Positions 50,786 to 58,743 of a stretch of DNA of 64,000 nt are shown one piece after another. The first letter of the stretch is position 1. Every line of letters starts with the position of its first letter. Origin of the DNA: Candidatus Multivoradales bacterium (lineage in GTDB: Bacteria; Acidobacteriota; Thermoanaerobaculia; Multivoradales; JAHEKO01); assembly GCA_965248055.1 (NCBI GenBank), contig CBDFIJ010000004.1, forward strand, positions 2,176,001-2,240,000, read 5' to 3'. Position numbers and translations under genes: made by a program. The notes beneath the pieces were generated by a model. It was given only the letters and a program-made list of their open reading frames with translations. It did not search any database and was not told the origin of the DNA.

Positions 50786-51673
50786 TTAAGCCGCTTTGGC
50801 GGTCTCAGAGCCGGGGCGGAGCCCCGGATTTGAGACCGTCTGATCCTGATTGTACGCCTCATTCGGTGTGCGATCTCCAAGCGACGAGTGAGGGCGTCTC
50901 TGGTTGTAGAAATCCATCCACCAGGAGATCCCGGCCTTGGCTTCGGTGCCTGTCTGAAACTCCGACAGATAGACCTTTTCGTACTTGAGGGATCGCCACA
51001 GACGCTCGAAAAACACATTGTCCATCCACCGCCCCTTGCCATCCATCGAGATCTTGATACCAGCCCTCTGCAGCACCCGGGTGAAGTCCAGACTCGTAAA
51101 CTGACTACCCTGATCGGTGTTGAAGATCTCCGGTGTGCCGTAGCGCTCGATGGCCTCTTCCAAGGCCTCGACGCAGAAGTCAGCATCAAGCGTGTTTGAG
51201 AGCCGCCAGCTGAGCACCTTGCGCGTTTTCCAGTCCATCACTGCGACCAGGTAGAGAAAACCGCGTTTGAGCGGGATGTAGGTGATGTCCGAGCACCACA
51301 CCTGGTTCGGTCGCGTGATCGCCAAGTCTCGAAGTAAATATGGGTATGTCCGGTGCTCTGGATGCGGCTTGGAGGTATTTGGCCGTTGATAAATCGTGCG
51401 TAAGCCCATCTGCCGCATCAGGCGCTTAACGCGCTTGCGATTCACCCTCAAGCCCTCACGCCTCAAGTGCCGCGTCATCTGCCGAGAGCCGTAAAACGGC
51501 GTCTTGAGATACTGCTCGTCGATCAGCCGCATCAGCCTCAGGTTGAGCTCGGTCTCGCCCTTGCCTTGGTAGTAGCACGAGGAGCGAGACAACGACATCA
51601 GCCGGCACTGGCGAACCACACTCAAATCTGATTGCTTGAGTTCGATCATCGCCACTCTCTTGGTGTGGCTCAA
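50786..51673 (-). CDS. IS3 transposase OrfB
   Basis: [34 protein letters not shown]. Confidence 0.9.
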   Translation of the reverse strand: MSHTKRVAMIELKQSDLSVVRQCRLMSLSRSSCYYQGKGETELNLRLMRLIDEQYLKTPFYGSRQMTRHLRREGLRVNRKRVKRLMRQMGLRTIYQRPNTSKPHPEHRTYPYLLRDLAITRPNQVWCSDITYIPLKRGFLYLVAVMDWKTRKVLSWRLSNTLDADFCVEALEEAIERYGTPEIFNTDQGSQFTSLDFTRVLQRAGIKISMDGKGRWMDNVFFERLWRSLKYEKVYLSEFQTGTEAKAGISWWMDFYNQRRPHSSLGDRTPNEAYNQDQTVSNPGLRPGSETAKAA

Positions 51674-51954
51674 CGATCGAACGCCTTGGACAAAAAATCC
51701 CGTTCCAAGACCAACTCTCCAACTTTGGCTCTAAGGTCTTTGATCTCAGATTCCCGAGACGCCTCGCGACGGGATCCTTGGCCTGAAAAACCGGCCAATA
51801 CCTGCTCGCGAGCCTTCTTTTTCCAGTTGGTGATTAGATTCGGATGAACGTTGTAACGGCTCGAAAGATCCGACAATGTCCGCTCTCCACGGAGAGCTTC
51901 AAGCGCTACTCGGGCTTTCAACTCCGGAGGATAACTACGTCGTTTTCTTGGCAT
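51670..51954 (-). CDS. IS3 transposase OrfA
   Basis: RRSYPPELKARVALEAL HTH. Confidence 0.9.
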   Translation of the reverse strand: MPRKRRSYPPELKARVALEALRGERTLSDLSSRYNVHPNLITNWKKKAREQVLAGFSGQGSRREASRESEIKDLRAKVGELVLERDFLSKAFDR

Positions 51955-52387
51955 TCCAGACTCCTTTTTGTCTGTCTGGATTCCACCTTAACAACCTGTC
52001 CGAAATATGGGGTCCACCTCTATCGTCCGCTCTTGTTTGCCGTTGCGATAGCCCGAGCGCTCACCTGAGCGCTCGTACGCAACACAACCCAATGCGTCAG
52101 CAAGCTCTTCTTCTAGAACTATTTCGATTGCTTCCCGGATACGGTGCTGAAGCTTTGACTGGATATCTTGCTGGAAACGAGATGATTCCGGGCTCTGATT
52201 GGTACTCTTGTCCATGGCGTAGCCTCCTTTCGCCTACCCGGCGATGGGTTTTGACTACCGGAGGTTACGCCTTTCTCAATTTCCACAACAATCAGGACGG
52301 ATCCCGTTCAATATATCCGTGATCAGCCCAATCAAGGAATTCTAGATTCTCTCAATAATCGCCTGGGACCTCAGTCAGATCTCTTCA

Positions 52388-52976
52388 TTAGTTGGTGACA
52401 TCAACCGTGACCGTAGCGGTATCCGACTGCTGTCCATCGTTGACCGTTAACTCCACCAAGTAAATACCGGCGTTGGAATAGCTGTGGGTCACGGATGGTA
52501 ACGAAGAGCTGGCGCCATCCACGCCTAGATCCCAGGAATACGTCAACGAGTCTCCGTCGAGATCGACCGAACCAACGTTACGTTCCCTCAATCGTCAATG
52601 CATAGTTGGCGGCACCACCGAAGCTATTGTCCGTAATCGTCACATTAATATCATGGGTCGTAGCTCCAGGCGCGGCCGCAAGGATCGCGATGCGATGATC
52701 GGTGTCCTTTCCTGGATCTCGAATTGGCCTCAGCTTCACGATAAACTTAGTGGAAGGGTCTAAGCCATCACTGCTCAGGATACTAACTTCATCATCCAGC
52801 GCATCCCACACCGGAGTTGGGGTCCATCCGCTGTTGACTCTATCCGCTACCGGGCAGGCTTCTAAGATCGGCCAGACATCAAGAGTTGCCGCATTGGAGA
52901 TGGTTTCGCCAACGTCATGCCAAGCTCGACAGCGATACTGTCCTTCGTCACTGAGGGCGGCTTCCGAGATCCTCAA
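52388..52976 (-). pseudogene. Fragmented Ig / unknown-domain / PKD gene remnant, paralogous to 58483-61008
   Basis: DEGQYRC, CPVAD...DPGKDTDH, and in another frame D.DGDSLTYSWDLG...HSYSNAGIY.V.LTVNDG (PKD). No start codon; frame break present. Confidence 0.7.
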
Positions 52977-53061
52977 CAGTTTCGGCCAAGAGAGCTCAAA
53001 TAATCGGCTGGCTCCTCTATTTCCTCTAGCTCTGCGGCACCTCTATCTCAAGTCTGTATGT

Positions 53062-54054
53062 CTATGAGGGCCAGCGATACAATGGCGCGACGATACGAAC
53101 GCTTTCTGGTAGTCGAAACTCGACCCAGGGATTCCTTCCCTGCGCTTCCGGTCGTTCTTCAATGAGGTAGTCAAAGCTAACTTGTAACTCCGCCGTGATA
53201 TTGTCGGCGAATACCCAAGTTCGGGCAGCTTCAATGGCTGGAGCCGCAAGTAATATGTCACCCGAGACATATGTTGCCGCTACTACGGCTCCTTCAACGA
53301 TTGACAACCTCACCACAGCGGTCCCCGTTAGACCATGGATCCTGAATTCGACTGGGTATACAGGCAATGTTCCAGAGACCAAAGCCAACACTTCTACGGT
53401 TGAGCTGTGGATAGCAGATTGCCGAGCCAGAAGAGCCCAATGCTTACCCAGCAGCTCTTCGCTGGGCGGTGAGGCCGAAATTACTTCCTTCAACACAAAC
53501 AGTGCTGGGCCACAGGATCCCTTACTCAACGACTCAACTTCTGAACTAGGCGGTCTTCGCTTCAGCCAAGCAAGCAACCGTGGATTACCACTAGGCAACT
53601 GCCGAACAAAGTCCGGATCATAAGGACCAAATGAACGCGGCCCCCGAAGGACGCCAATAACTTCTGCCAGAACCCTTCTGGGCGGGTTGCCGTCTACGAC
53701 TCCATGGGGAAGTCTTTCTCTCCGTTTCTCTTGCAGCCTAACGAGTCGCCTCATTCCTCGAACACCTGGGTCAATCTGCAGACATGCTCGCGGAAGAAAC
53801 GACCGTTCGCAATCGATCGCTTCAATGCGATTCCAGATTAGCCCCCGCGTACGAATCATGCGTTCTTCGTCTACGCCTATCTCCGAGAGAGCTTCACAGA
53901 AATCTACGCGTTCGATCTCCATGTCCTTGATTTCACCGGTGTTTGACCCGATTGACCTTTGACCGGTCGCAGCTGAAACGGGCCAGGCGGCCATAACCGT
54001 AAGACCCAACATCACAACAATAAGAGCGCATCGTTGGGTTGTGAGCGGGGTCAT
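53062..54054 (-). CDS. Secreted protein with C-terminal TonB-C-like domain; candidate immunity/partner of Rhs tip A
   Basis: Signal peptide; PVYP.E.RIHGLTG..VV......G.V.......G..LL..PAIEAARTW.F. ATGA-coupled to the Rhs core gene. Confidence 0.6.
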   Translation of the reverse strand: MTPLTTQRCALIVVMLGLTVMAAWPVSAATGQRSIGSNTGEIKDMEIERVDFCEALSEIGVDEERMIRTRGLIWNRIEAIDCERSFLPRACLQIDPGVRGMRRLVRLQEKRRERLPHGVVDGNPPRRVLAEVIGVLRGPRSFGPYDPDFVRQLPSGNPRLLAWLKRRPPSSEVESLSKGSCGPALFVLKEVISASPPSEELLGKHWALLARQSAIHSSTVEVLALVSGTLPVYPVEFRIHGLTGTAVVRLSIVEGAVVAATYVSGDILLAAPAIEAARTWVFADNITAELQVSFDYLIEERPEAQGRNPWVEFRLPESVRIVAPLYRWPS

Positions 54055-55097
54055 GGACCACCAGAAAACTTACCACCGGGCTTACTAGTTGTCATTCCAT
54101 AGAGACCTGAAGGGTCAGCAAGAATTCTTCCTATGGCAAGGTCACGATCCGCAGGGGTTACTCCTGCACCAAGGGTTTCACCTCCAAAGCTCAAAGAAGT
54201 TCCAATCTCTTCCTTAACGATTTCGTCCGTGGTCAGGAAGGCGCTGAACTCATCTGCGTACTGAGTAAGATCCAGCGCAGGATTTCCAATACCTGTCGCG
54301 TAGTCCACACTTCCCCAAAATGCGAAGCCGTTCTCGACATGTGTTCCCTCATGCCCAAGGGTAATCAACAAAGAATCCCCACGGTCACCAGTGACAAGTG
54401 TAACCGTCGATATGATGTCCAGGCCGTTGTTGGCGGCGTTACCAACAGCTTGCGTCACTGCTGTTTCGGCCGCTTTCATTTTGTTCACGAAAGTGATCAC
54501 TACTCCATTTCCATCGCCTTGGATGCCCAATGCTGCTGCTGCCGCTTGAGCTCTCGAGCCCTTGCTATTCGCAAGCCGTACTATCTGTTTTGCCACTTGC
54601 TTGGCCGATTTCTCGCATTGCTTAGCGGAGGCCTGTCCGCAATCTATGTCGTACATCCCCGTTGGGTCAACGAACCTCAATGGGTTGTTGATAGCATAGG
54701 AGTATCTATTCCAGGACTGTGGGGCAGTCATGGAGCCCAACACCGGATCAACACTGCCAAACCTCCCCAACCACGGGCTGTAATACCGCGCATGCATGTA
54801 ATCCCAGTCATCGATCGCCCCCGACCCATGGTCGTCCCGTTCATGGCCGGTGAAACCAAGCGTGGTCTCCGGTTCTCCATCTGGGTCAGTGGCTACTTGG
54901 CGACCAAAAGGTAGGTAGTCGCGGGACTCGATGACCTTGCCGTTTTCATCCGTAATTCTGCGCACCGAGCCCAGGTGATCGCTGTGCAGATGGTAAGTAG
55001 TCACCTCTTCACGGGGAATTGCGTTTACCGGTGCAGCGAGGCTGAGAAAGTTGGTGACAATGAGTACAAAAACCAGCAGCGTGGCACGGATTTTCAT
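54051..55097 (-). CDS. Stand-alone secreted Rhs-core protein A with HExxH (putative metallopeptidase) tip
   Basis: AGGAGG RBS; signal peptide MKIRATLLVFVLIVTNFLSLAAPVNA; HSDHLGSVR, YLPFG, GFTGHERD, DYMHARYY...GRF.SVDP, NRYSYAINNPLRFVDPTG; tip contains LGHEGTH. Confidence 0.88.
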   Translation of the reverse strand: MKIRATLLVFVLIVTNFLSLAAPVNAIPREEVTTYHLHSDHLGSVRRITDENGKVIESRDYLPFGRQVATDPDGEPETTLGFTGHERDDHGSGAIDDWDYMHARYYSPWLGRFGSVDPVLGSMTAPQSWNRYSYAINNPLRFVDPTGMYDIDCGQASAKQCEKSAKQVAKQIVRLANSKGSRAQAAAAALGIQGDGNGVVITFVNKMKAAETAVTQAVGNAANNGLDIISTVTLVTGDRGDSLLITLGHEGTHVENGFAFWGSVDYATGIGNPALDLTQYADEFSAFLTTDEIVKEEIGTSLSFGGETLGAGVTPADRDLAIGRILADPSGLYGMTTSKPGGKFSGGP

Positions 55098-55420
55098 GGC
55101 AGTTCCTCCTTGGACTGAGTTGACAAGATTTCCACTCATCTTCAAATATCTAACCCGCTTCATGGGACCACCACCAATTCCACCTTCTTCATGACGATGG
55201 TCGTCGGATCGCCGTCACTGTGCCACTTTGTGAATTGCAGCCGAATGTCTGAATAGTTCGTAAAACCCGCCACAACGCTGGCTGAGAGAGGTACTGCTTT
55301 GCGTTGGAACGCGGTACCAAAATAGACGTTGGTCCACCACAAAACAGTGTTATTCGGTGCCATGACGTAGAGCCGAACATGCTTCGCCATTAGACCGTTT
55401 TCCACTTTTCCTGTGAGGTA
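54736..55420. repeat. About 685-bp near-identical direct repeat, copy 1 (PKD-gene 3' end + Rhs core)
   Basis: Matches 58059-58743 (offset 3323) with only scattered substitutions. Confidence 0.92.
55160..55420 (-). pseudogene. Truncated 3' end of a second Rhs-PKD/Ig gene copy
   Basis: YLTGKVENG...KKVELVVVP*, nearly identical to the end of 58483-61008 and cut off by the IS3. Confidence 0.85.
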
Positions 55421-55484
55421 TGAGGTGGACCCCACTCGTTGGACAGGTCAGCGGCCGAATTAAGGTGGAATCCGGGGTTCATGG

Positions 55485-56372
55485 TTAAGCCGCTTTCACG
55501 GTCTCAGAGCCGGGGCGGAGCCCCGGATTTGAGACCGTTCGATCTTGATTGTACGCCTCGTCCGGTGTTCGGTCTGCAAGCGACGAGTGCGGTCGCCTCT
55601 GGTTGTAGAAATCCATCCACCAGGAAATGCCCGCTCGGGCTTGTCGGCCATTTTCGTACTCTGACAAGTACACCTGCTCGTACTTGAGTGAGCGCCACAG
55701 ACGCTCGATAAACACGTTGTCCATCCACCGGCCCTTGCCGTCCATCGAGATCTTGATCCCGGCCTCCTTGAGCACTCTGGTGAAATCCGAGCTGGTGAAT
55801 TGGCTGCCCTGGTCGCTGTTGAAAATCTCAGGAGTGCCGTAGCACTCAATCGCCTCCTCCAAGGCCTCGATGCAAAAGTCAGACTCAAGAGTGTTCGACA
55901 GCCGCCAGGAAAGCACCCTGCGGCTGTACCAGTCCATCACCGCAACAAGGTAGAGAAAACCTCGTTTGAGCGGGATGTAGGTGATATCCGTACACCACAC
56001 TTGATTGGGTCGATCGATCACAAGATCGCGTAGCAGATAGGGGTAGATTCGATGCTCCGGATTCGGCGTTGATGTCCGTGGCCGTTGATAAACGGCACGC
56101 AAGCCCATTCGCCGCATCAACCGTTGGACTCGCTTGCGATTGACCTGCAATCCGTCGCGCCTCAGATGGCGCACCATCTGCCGAGAGCCGTAAAACGGCT
56201 TCTTCAGATATTGCTCATCGATCAACCGCATCAGTTTCAGATTTTGTTCCGCCTCTCCTTTGCCTTGGTAGTAGTAAACAGATCGAGACAACGAGACAAG
56301 TTGACATTGCTGGACAACGCTCAAGTCGCCATGCTCGCGTTCAATCAAAGCCTTTCGCCTTGAACGACTCAT
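55485..56372 (-). CDS. IS3 transposase OrfB
   Basis: [34 protein letters not shown]. Confidence 0.9.
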   Translation of the reverse strand: MSRSRRKALIEREHGDLSVVQQCQLVSLSRSVYYYQGKGEAEQNLKLMRLIDEQYLKKPFYGSRQMVRHLRRDGLQVNRKRVQRLMRRMGLRAVYQRPRTSTPNPEHRIYPYLLRDLVIDRPNQVWCTDITYIPLKRGFLYLVAVMDWYSRRVLSWRLSNTLESDFCIEALEEAIECYGTPEIFNSDQGSQFTSSDFTRVLKEAGIKISMDGKGRWMDNVFIERLWRSLKYEQVYLSEYENGRQARAGISWWMDFYNQRRPHSSLADRTPDEAYNQDRTVSNPGLRPGSETVKAA

Positions 56373-56653
56373 CGACTGAACGCTTTGGCTAAAAAATCTC
56401 TCTCCAGCACCAACTCGCCGACCTTGGCTCGAAGATCCTTGATCTCAGATTCCTGAGACGCTTCATGTCGAGTTCCTTGACCTGAAAAACCAGCCACTAC
56501 TTGCTCCCGGGCCTTCTTCTTCCAGTTCGTGATCAATTTCGGATGGACGTTGTATCGAGACGATAACTCCGCGATTGTACGATCGCCCCGAAGAGCTTCA
56601 AGTGCTACACGCGCCTTCAGCTCCGGTGGATAACTGCGTCGTTTCTTTGACAT
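56369..56653 (-). CDS. IS3 transposase OrfA
   Basis: RRSYPPELKARVALEAL; ATGA overlap with orfB. Confidence 0.9.
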   Translation of the reverse strand: MSKKRRSYPPELKARVALEALRGDRTIAELSSRYNVHPKLITNWKKKAREQVVAGFSGQGTRHEASQESEIKDLRAKVGELVLERDFLAKAFSR

Positions 56654-56720
56654 TCCAGACTCCTTTTTGTCTGTCTGGATTCCACCTTAACAACCTGTCC
56701 GAATTTCGGGGTCCACCTCT

Positions 56721-56922
56721 CTGTGCAGGTCCTCGACCACAGAACCAGTGTTCTGGCTGATGTTTTTCTCAATAAACCCGAGCGCTTCGTACGCGGCTGC
56801 CCGAAGCCAAAACCATTACCCGACGCTGTCTGGATTAACCCACCAGATCGGGATCGATCATCGCTTGGCGATGCTCACTAAATTAAAGATGACGTGTGTC
56901 TCATTATCGTTGACAGGTTCCG
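56721..56922 (+). mobile_element. Right-end remnant of an IS3 element related to element A
   Basis: Encodes NKPERFVRGCPKPKPLPDAVWINPP (compare NNPQRFVRGRP...PRAVWINPP). Ends TGTCTC...GTTGACAGGTTCCG like 50503-50528. Confidence 0.8.
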
Positions 56923-57506
56923 CTTTGACCACTTACCAACCTCAATTCTCGAAAAATCAACAACTCAAGATCATAGCGAAGCGCGTCGCCCTTCGGCCTT
57001 CCAACCATGAGACTGTAAAGCCAATTGGCAAAAGTCCGCGGAATCTCGCGATCAGCCGACCATTTCTTGGCCAAGTCGATTGCCAAAGATCTGCAGACAG
57101 TCCAGGCTCGCCAGTTTTCCAAATGCTCAAAATCGACGCCCGCTCGTGAAACCATGCGGTCTACGAGATGCGCGGCTGCATTGCGCTTGAACTCCGACTC
57201 CTCCCAATATGGAGCTATCCAATATTTCGAATCCAAGGCTAAATCAACACCTTCTAACCGCATTCGAATGACACCTTCCGCATCCTGGCGAGAAGCTCCA
57301 TGCCACACTCTGAAGTCGCCCTGTCTTTCTACAGCAATGTTCATCTTATTTAGGCCGACCGGAGCGACCTCAATTCGCTCTACGGACGAGCTTTCGAGGC
57401 TCACCACTTTGAGTTCGGCACGGTGGAACCCAGCAAAGGCATCAGCAACCTGTGTCCAGTCCGGACATTCAACTGGAGCATTCCTTCCTACTCTGAGTAT
57501 CGTCAT
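56904..57506 (-). CDS. Hypothetical protein downstream of Rhs tip B (candidate immunity), C-terminus cut by the IS remnant
   Basis: 200-aa ORF starting 26 bp after the tip B stop. The last codons and stop lie inside the IS3 end. Confidence 0.55.
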   Translation of the reverse strand: MTILRVGRNAPVECPDWTQVADAFAGFHRAELKVVSLESSSVERIEVAPVGLNKMNIAVERQGDFRVWHGASRQDAEGVIRMRLEGVDLALDSKYWIAPYWEESEFKRNAAAHLVDRMVSRAGVDFEHLENWRAWTVCRSLAIDLAKKWSADREIPRTFANWLYSLMVGRPKGDALRYDLELLIFRELRLVSGQSGTCQR

Positions 57507-57532
57507 GATCTTTTGTCGATTTAATAACTCGA

Positions 57533-58420
57533 TCAGAGTTTGGGGTCCTCTGGTTTTGTAGGTTTCTTGGGTTCGGGCTTTGGAGACGTATCTTCTCCAC
57601 GTTTTCCAAATATCTTGTCAACAAGTTTCTTGACCTTGTTTTTGGCAGCTCCTGCGACAAGCCCTACTACAACCGCTGCTGCATCCACTGCATTCTCCGC
57701 TTCTGATGCACCTCGAACACGATCTTCTATCTCGGATGCCTCTTGGGCCTCGATGCTTTCAGCTGCTCCGGTGCTCGTCTGCCCTTCGGGCATCAATATT
57801 TCACCGGCTTCTCTAACTCGATCACTTAGGGCAGCAACCGCAGAATCGAATGAAGCTCCCACCGAATCAGCCGCCGCTATCGCCTCTCGTTGATAGCTCG
57901 GATTGGCAGTTGTAACAACGGCAACAACACTAACAACGATAAGCCCACCAACAATCAGCGCTACCGCGAACTCGCCATCTGGGTCAGCAAATACGACCGG
58001 ATTATTTCGTCCGTAGGAGTATCGATTCCACGTCTGCGGGATTCTGACATCAGCACTCCCCAACACCGGATCAACACTGCCAAACCTCCCCAACCACGGG
58101 CTGTAATACCGCGCATGCATGTAATCCCAGTCATCGATCGCCCCCGACCCATGGTCATCCCGCTCATGGCCGGTGAAACCAAGCGTGGTCTCCGGTTCTC
58201 CATCTGGGTCAGTGGCTACTTGGCGGCCAAAAGGTAGGTAGTCGCGGGACTCGATGACCTTGCCGTTTTCATCCGTAATTCTGCGCACCGAGCCCAGGTG
58301 ATCGCTGTGCAGATGGTAAGTAGTCACCTCTTCACGGGGAATTGCGTTTACCGGTGCAGCGAGGCTGAGAAAGTTGGTGACAATGAGTACAAAAACCAGC
58401 AGCGTGGCACGGATCTTCAT
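57533..58420 (-). CDS. Stand-alone secreted Rhs-core protein B with hydrophobic/unknown tip
   Basis: Same RBS, signal peptide and core as protein A. NRYSYGRNNPVVFADPDG is followed by an unrelated tip with hydrophobic helices and a Lys/Pro-rich tail. Confidence 0.88.
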   Translation of the reverse strand: MKIRATLLVFVLIVTNFLSLAAPVNAIPREEVTTYHLHSDHLGSVRRITDENGKVIESRDYLPFGRQVATDPDGEPETTLGFTGHERDDHGSGAIDDWDYMHARYYSPWLGRFGSVDPVLGSADVRIPQTWNRYSYGRNNPVVFADPDGEFAVALIVGGLIVVSVVAVVTTANPSYQREAIAAADSVGASFDSAVAALSDRVREAGEILMPEGQTSTGAAESIEAQEASEIEDRVRGASEAENAVDAAAVVVGLVAGAAKNKVKKLVDKIFGKRGEDTSPKPEPKKPTKPEDPKL

Positions 58421-58743
58421 GGCAGTTCCTCCTTGGACTGAGTTGACAAGATTTCTACTCATCTTCAAATATCTAACCCGCTTCATGGGACCACCACCAA
58501 TTCCACCTTCTTCATGACGATGGTCGTCGGATCGCCGTCACTGTGCCACTTTGTGAATTGCAGCCGAATGTCTGAATAGTTCGTAAAACCCGCCACAACG
58601 CTGGCTGAGAGAGGTACTGCTTTGCGTTGGAACGCGGTACCAAAATAGACGTTGGTCCACCACAAAACAGTGTTATTCGGTGCCATAACGTAGAGCCGAG
58701 CATGCTTCGCCGTTAGACCGTTTTCCACTTTTCCTGTGAGGTA
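58059..58743. repeat. About 685-bp direct repeat, copy 2
   Basis: Matches 54736-55420. Confidence 0.92.

Larger units (their letters stand above)
50722..52021 (-). mobile_element. IS3-family element B, copy 1, inserted in IS256
   Basis: IR AGAGGTGGACCCC at both ends; ATC target duplication. Confidence 0.9.
48113..52215 (-). pseudogene. IS256 transposase in three pieces (52022-52215, 50529-50721, 48113-48931)
   Basis: Pieces rejoin in frame: GYRNGKQERT|ITTRYG...IKKALT|PLLGREHLSKS...VSDGHKGL...QRC...RTTNALENLNREFRRR. The first catalytic motif reads LFLVG rather than LFLDG. Confidence 0.88.
48038..52304 (-). mobile_element. IS256-family element interrupted by two IS3-family elements
   Basis: Imperfect IRs GGATGTCTCCCGAATCTTGTGGAAATTG / GGATCCGTCCTGATTGTTGTGGAAATTG. 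The transposase is in three collinear pieces. Confidence 0.88.
55421..56720 (-). mobile_element. IS3-family element B, copy 2 (diverged isoform, no target duplication)
   Basis: Same GAGGTGGACCCC ends as 50722-52021. Flanks GTA and CTG do not match. Confidence 0.9.

Noticed and set aside
58421-58486. Frameshift joining the PKD gene to the Rhs core (ATGA overlap, upstream MKRVRYLK extension)
   Set aside because: A strong AGGAGG RBS and a signal peptide start at 58420, and the junction is the same in both copies. Independent initiation is more likely, though coupling from the upstream ATG cannot be excluded.
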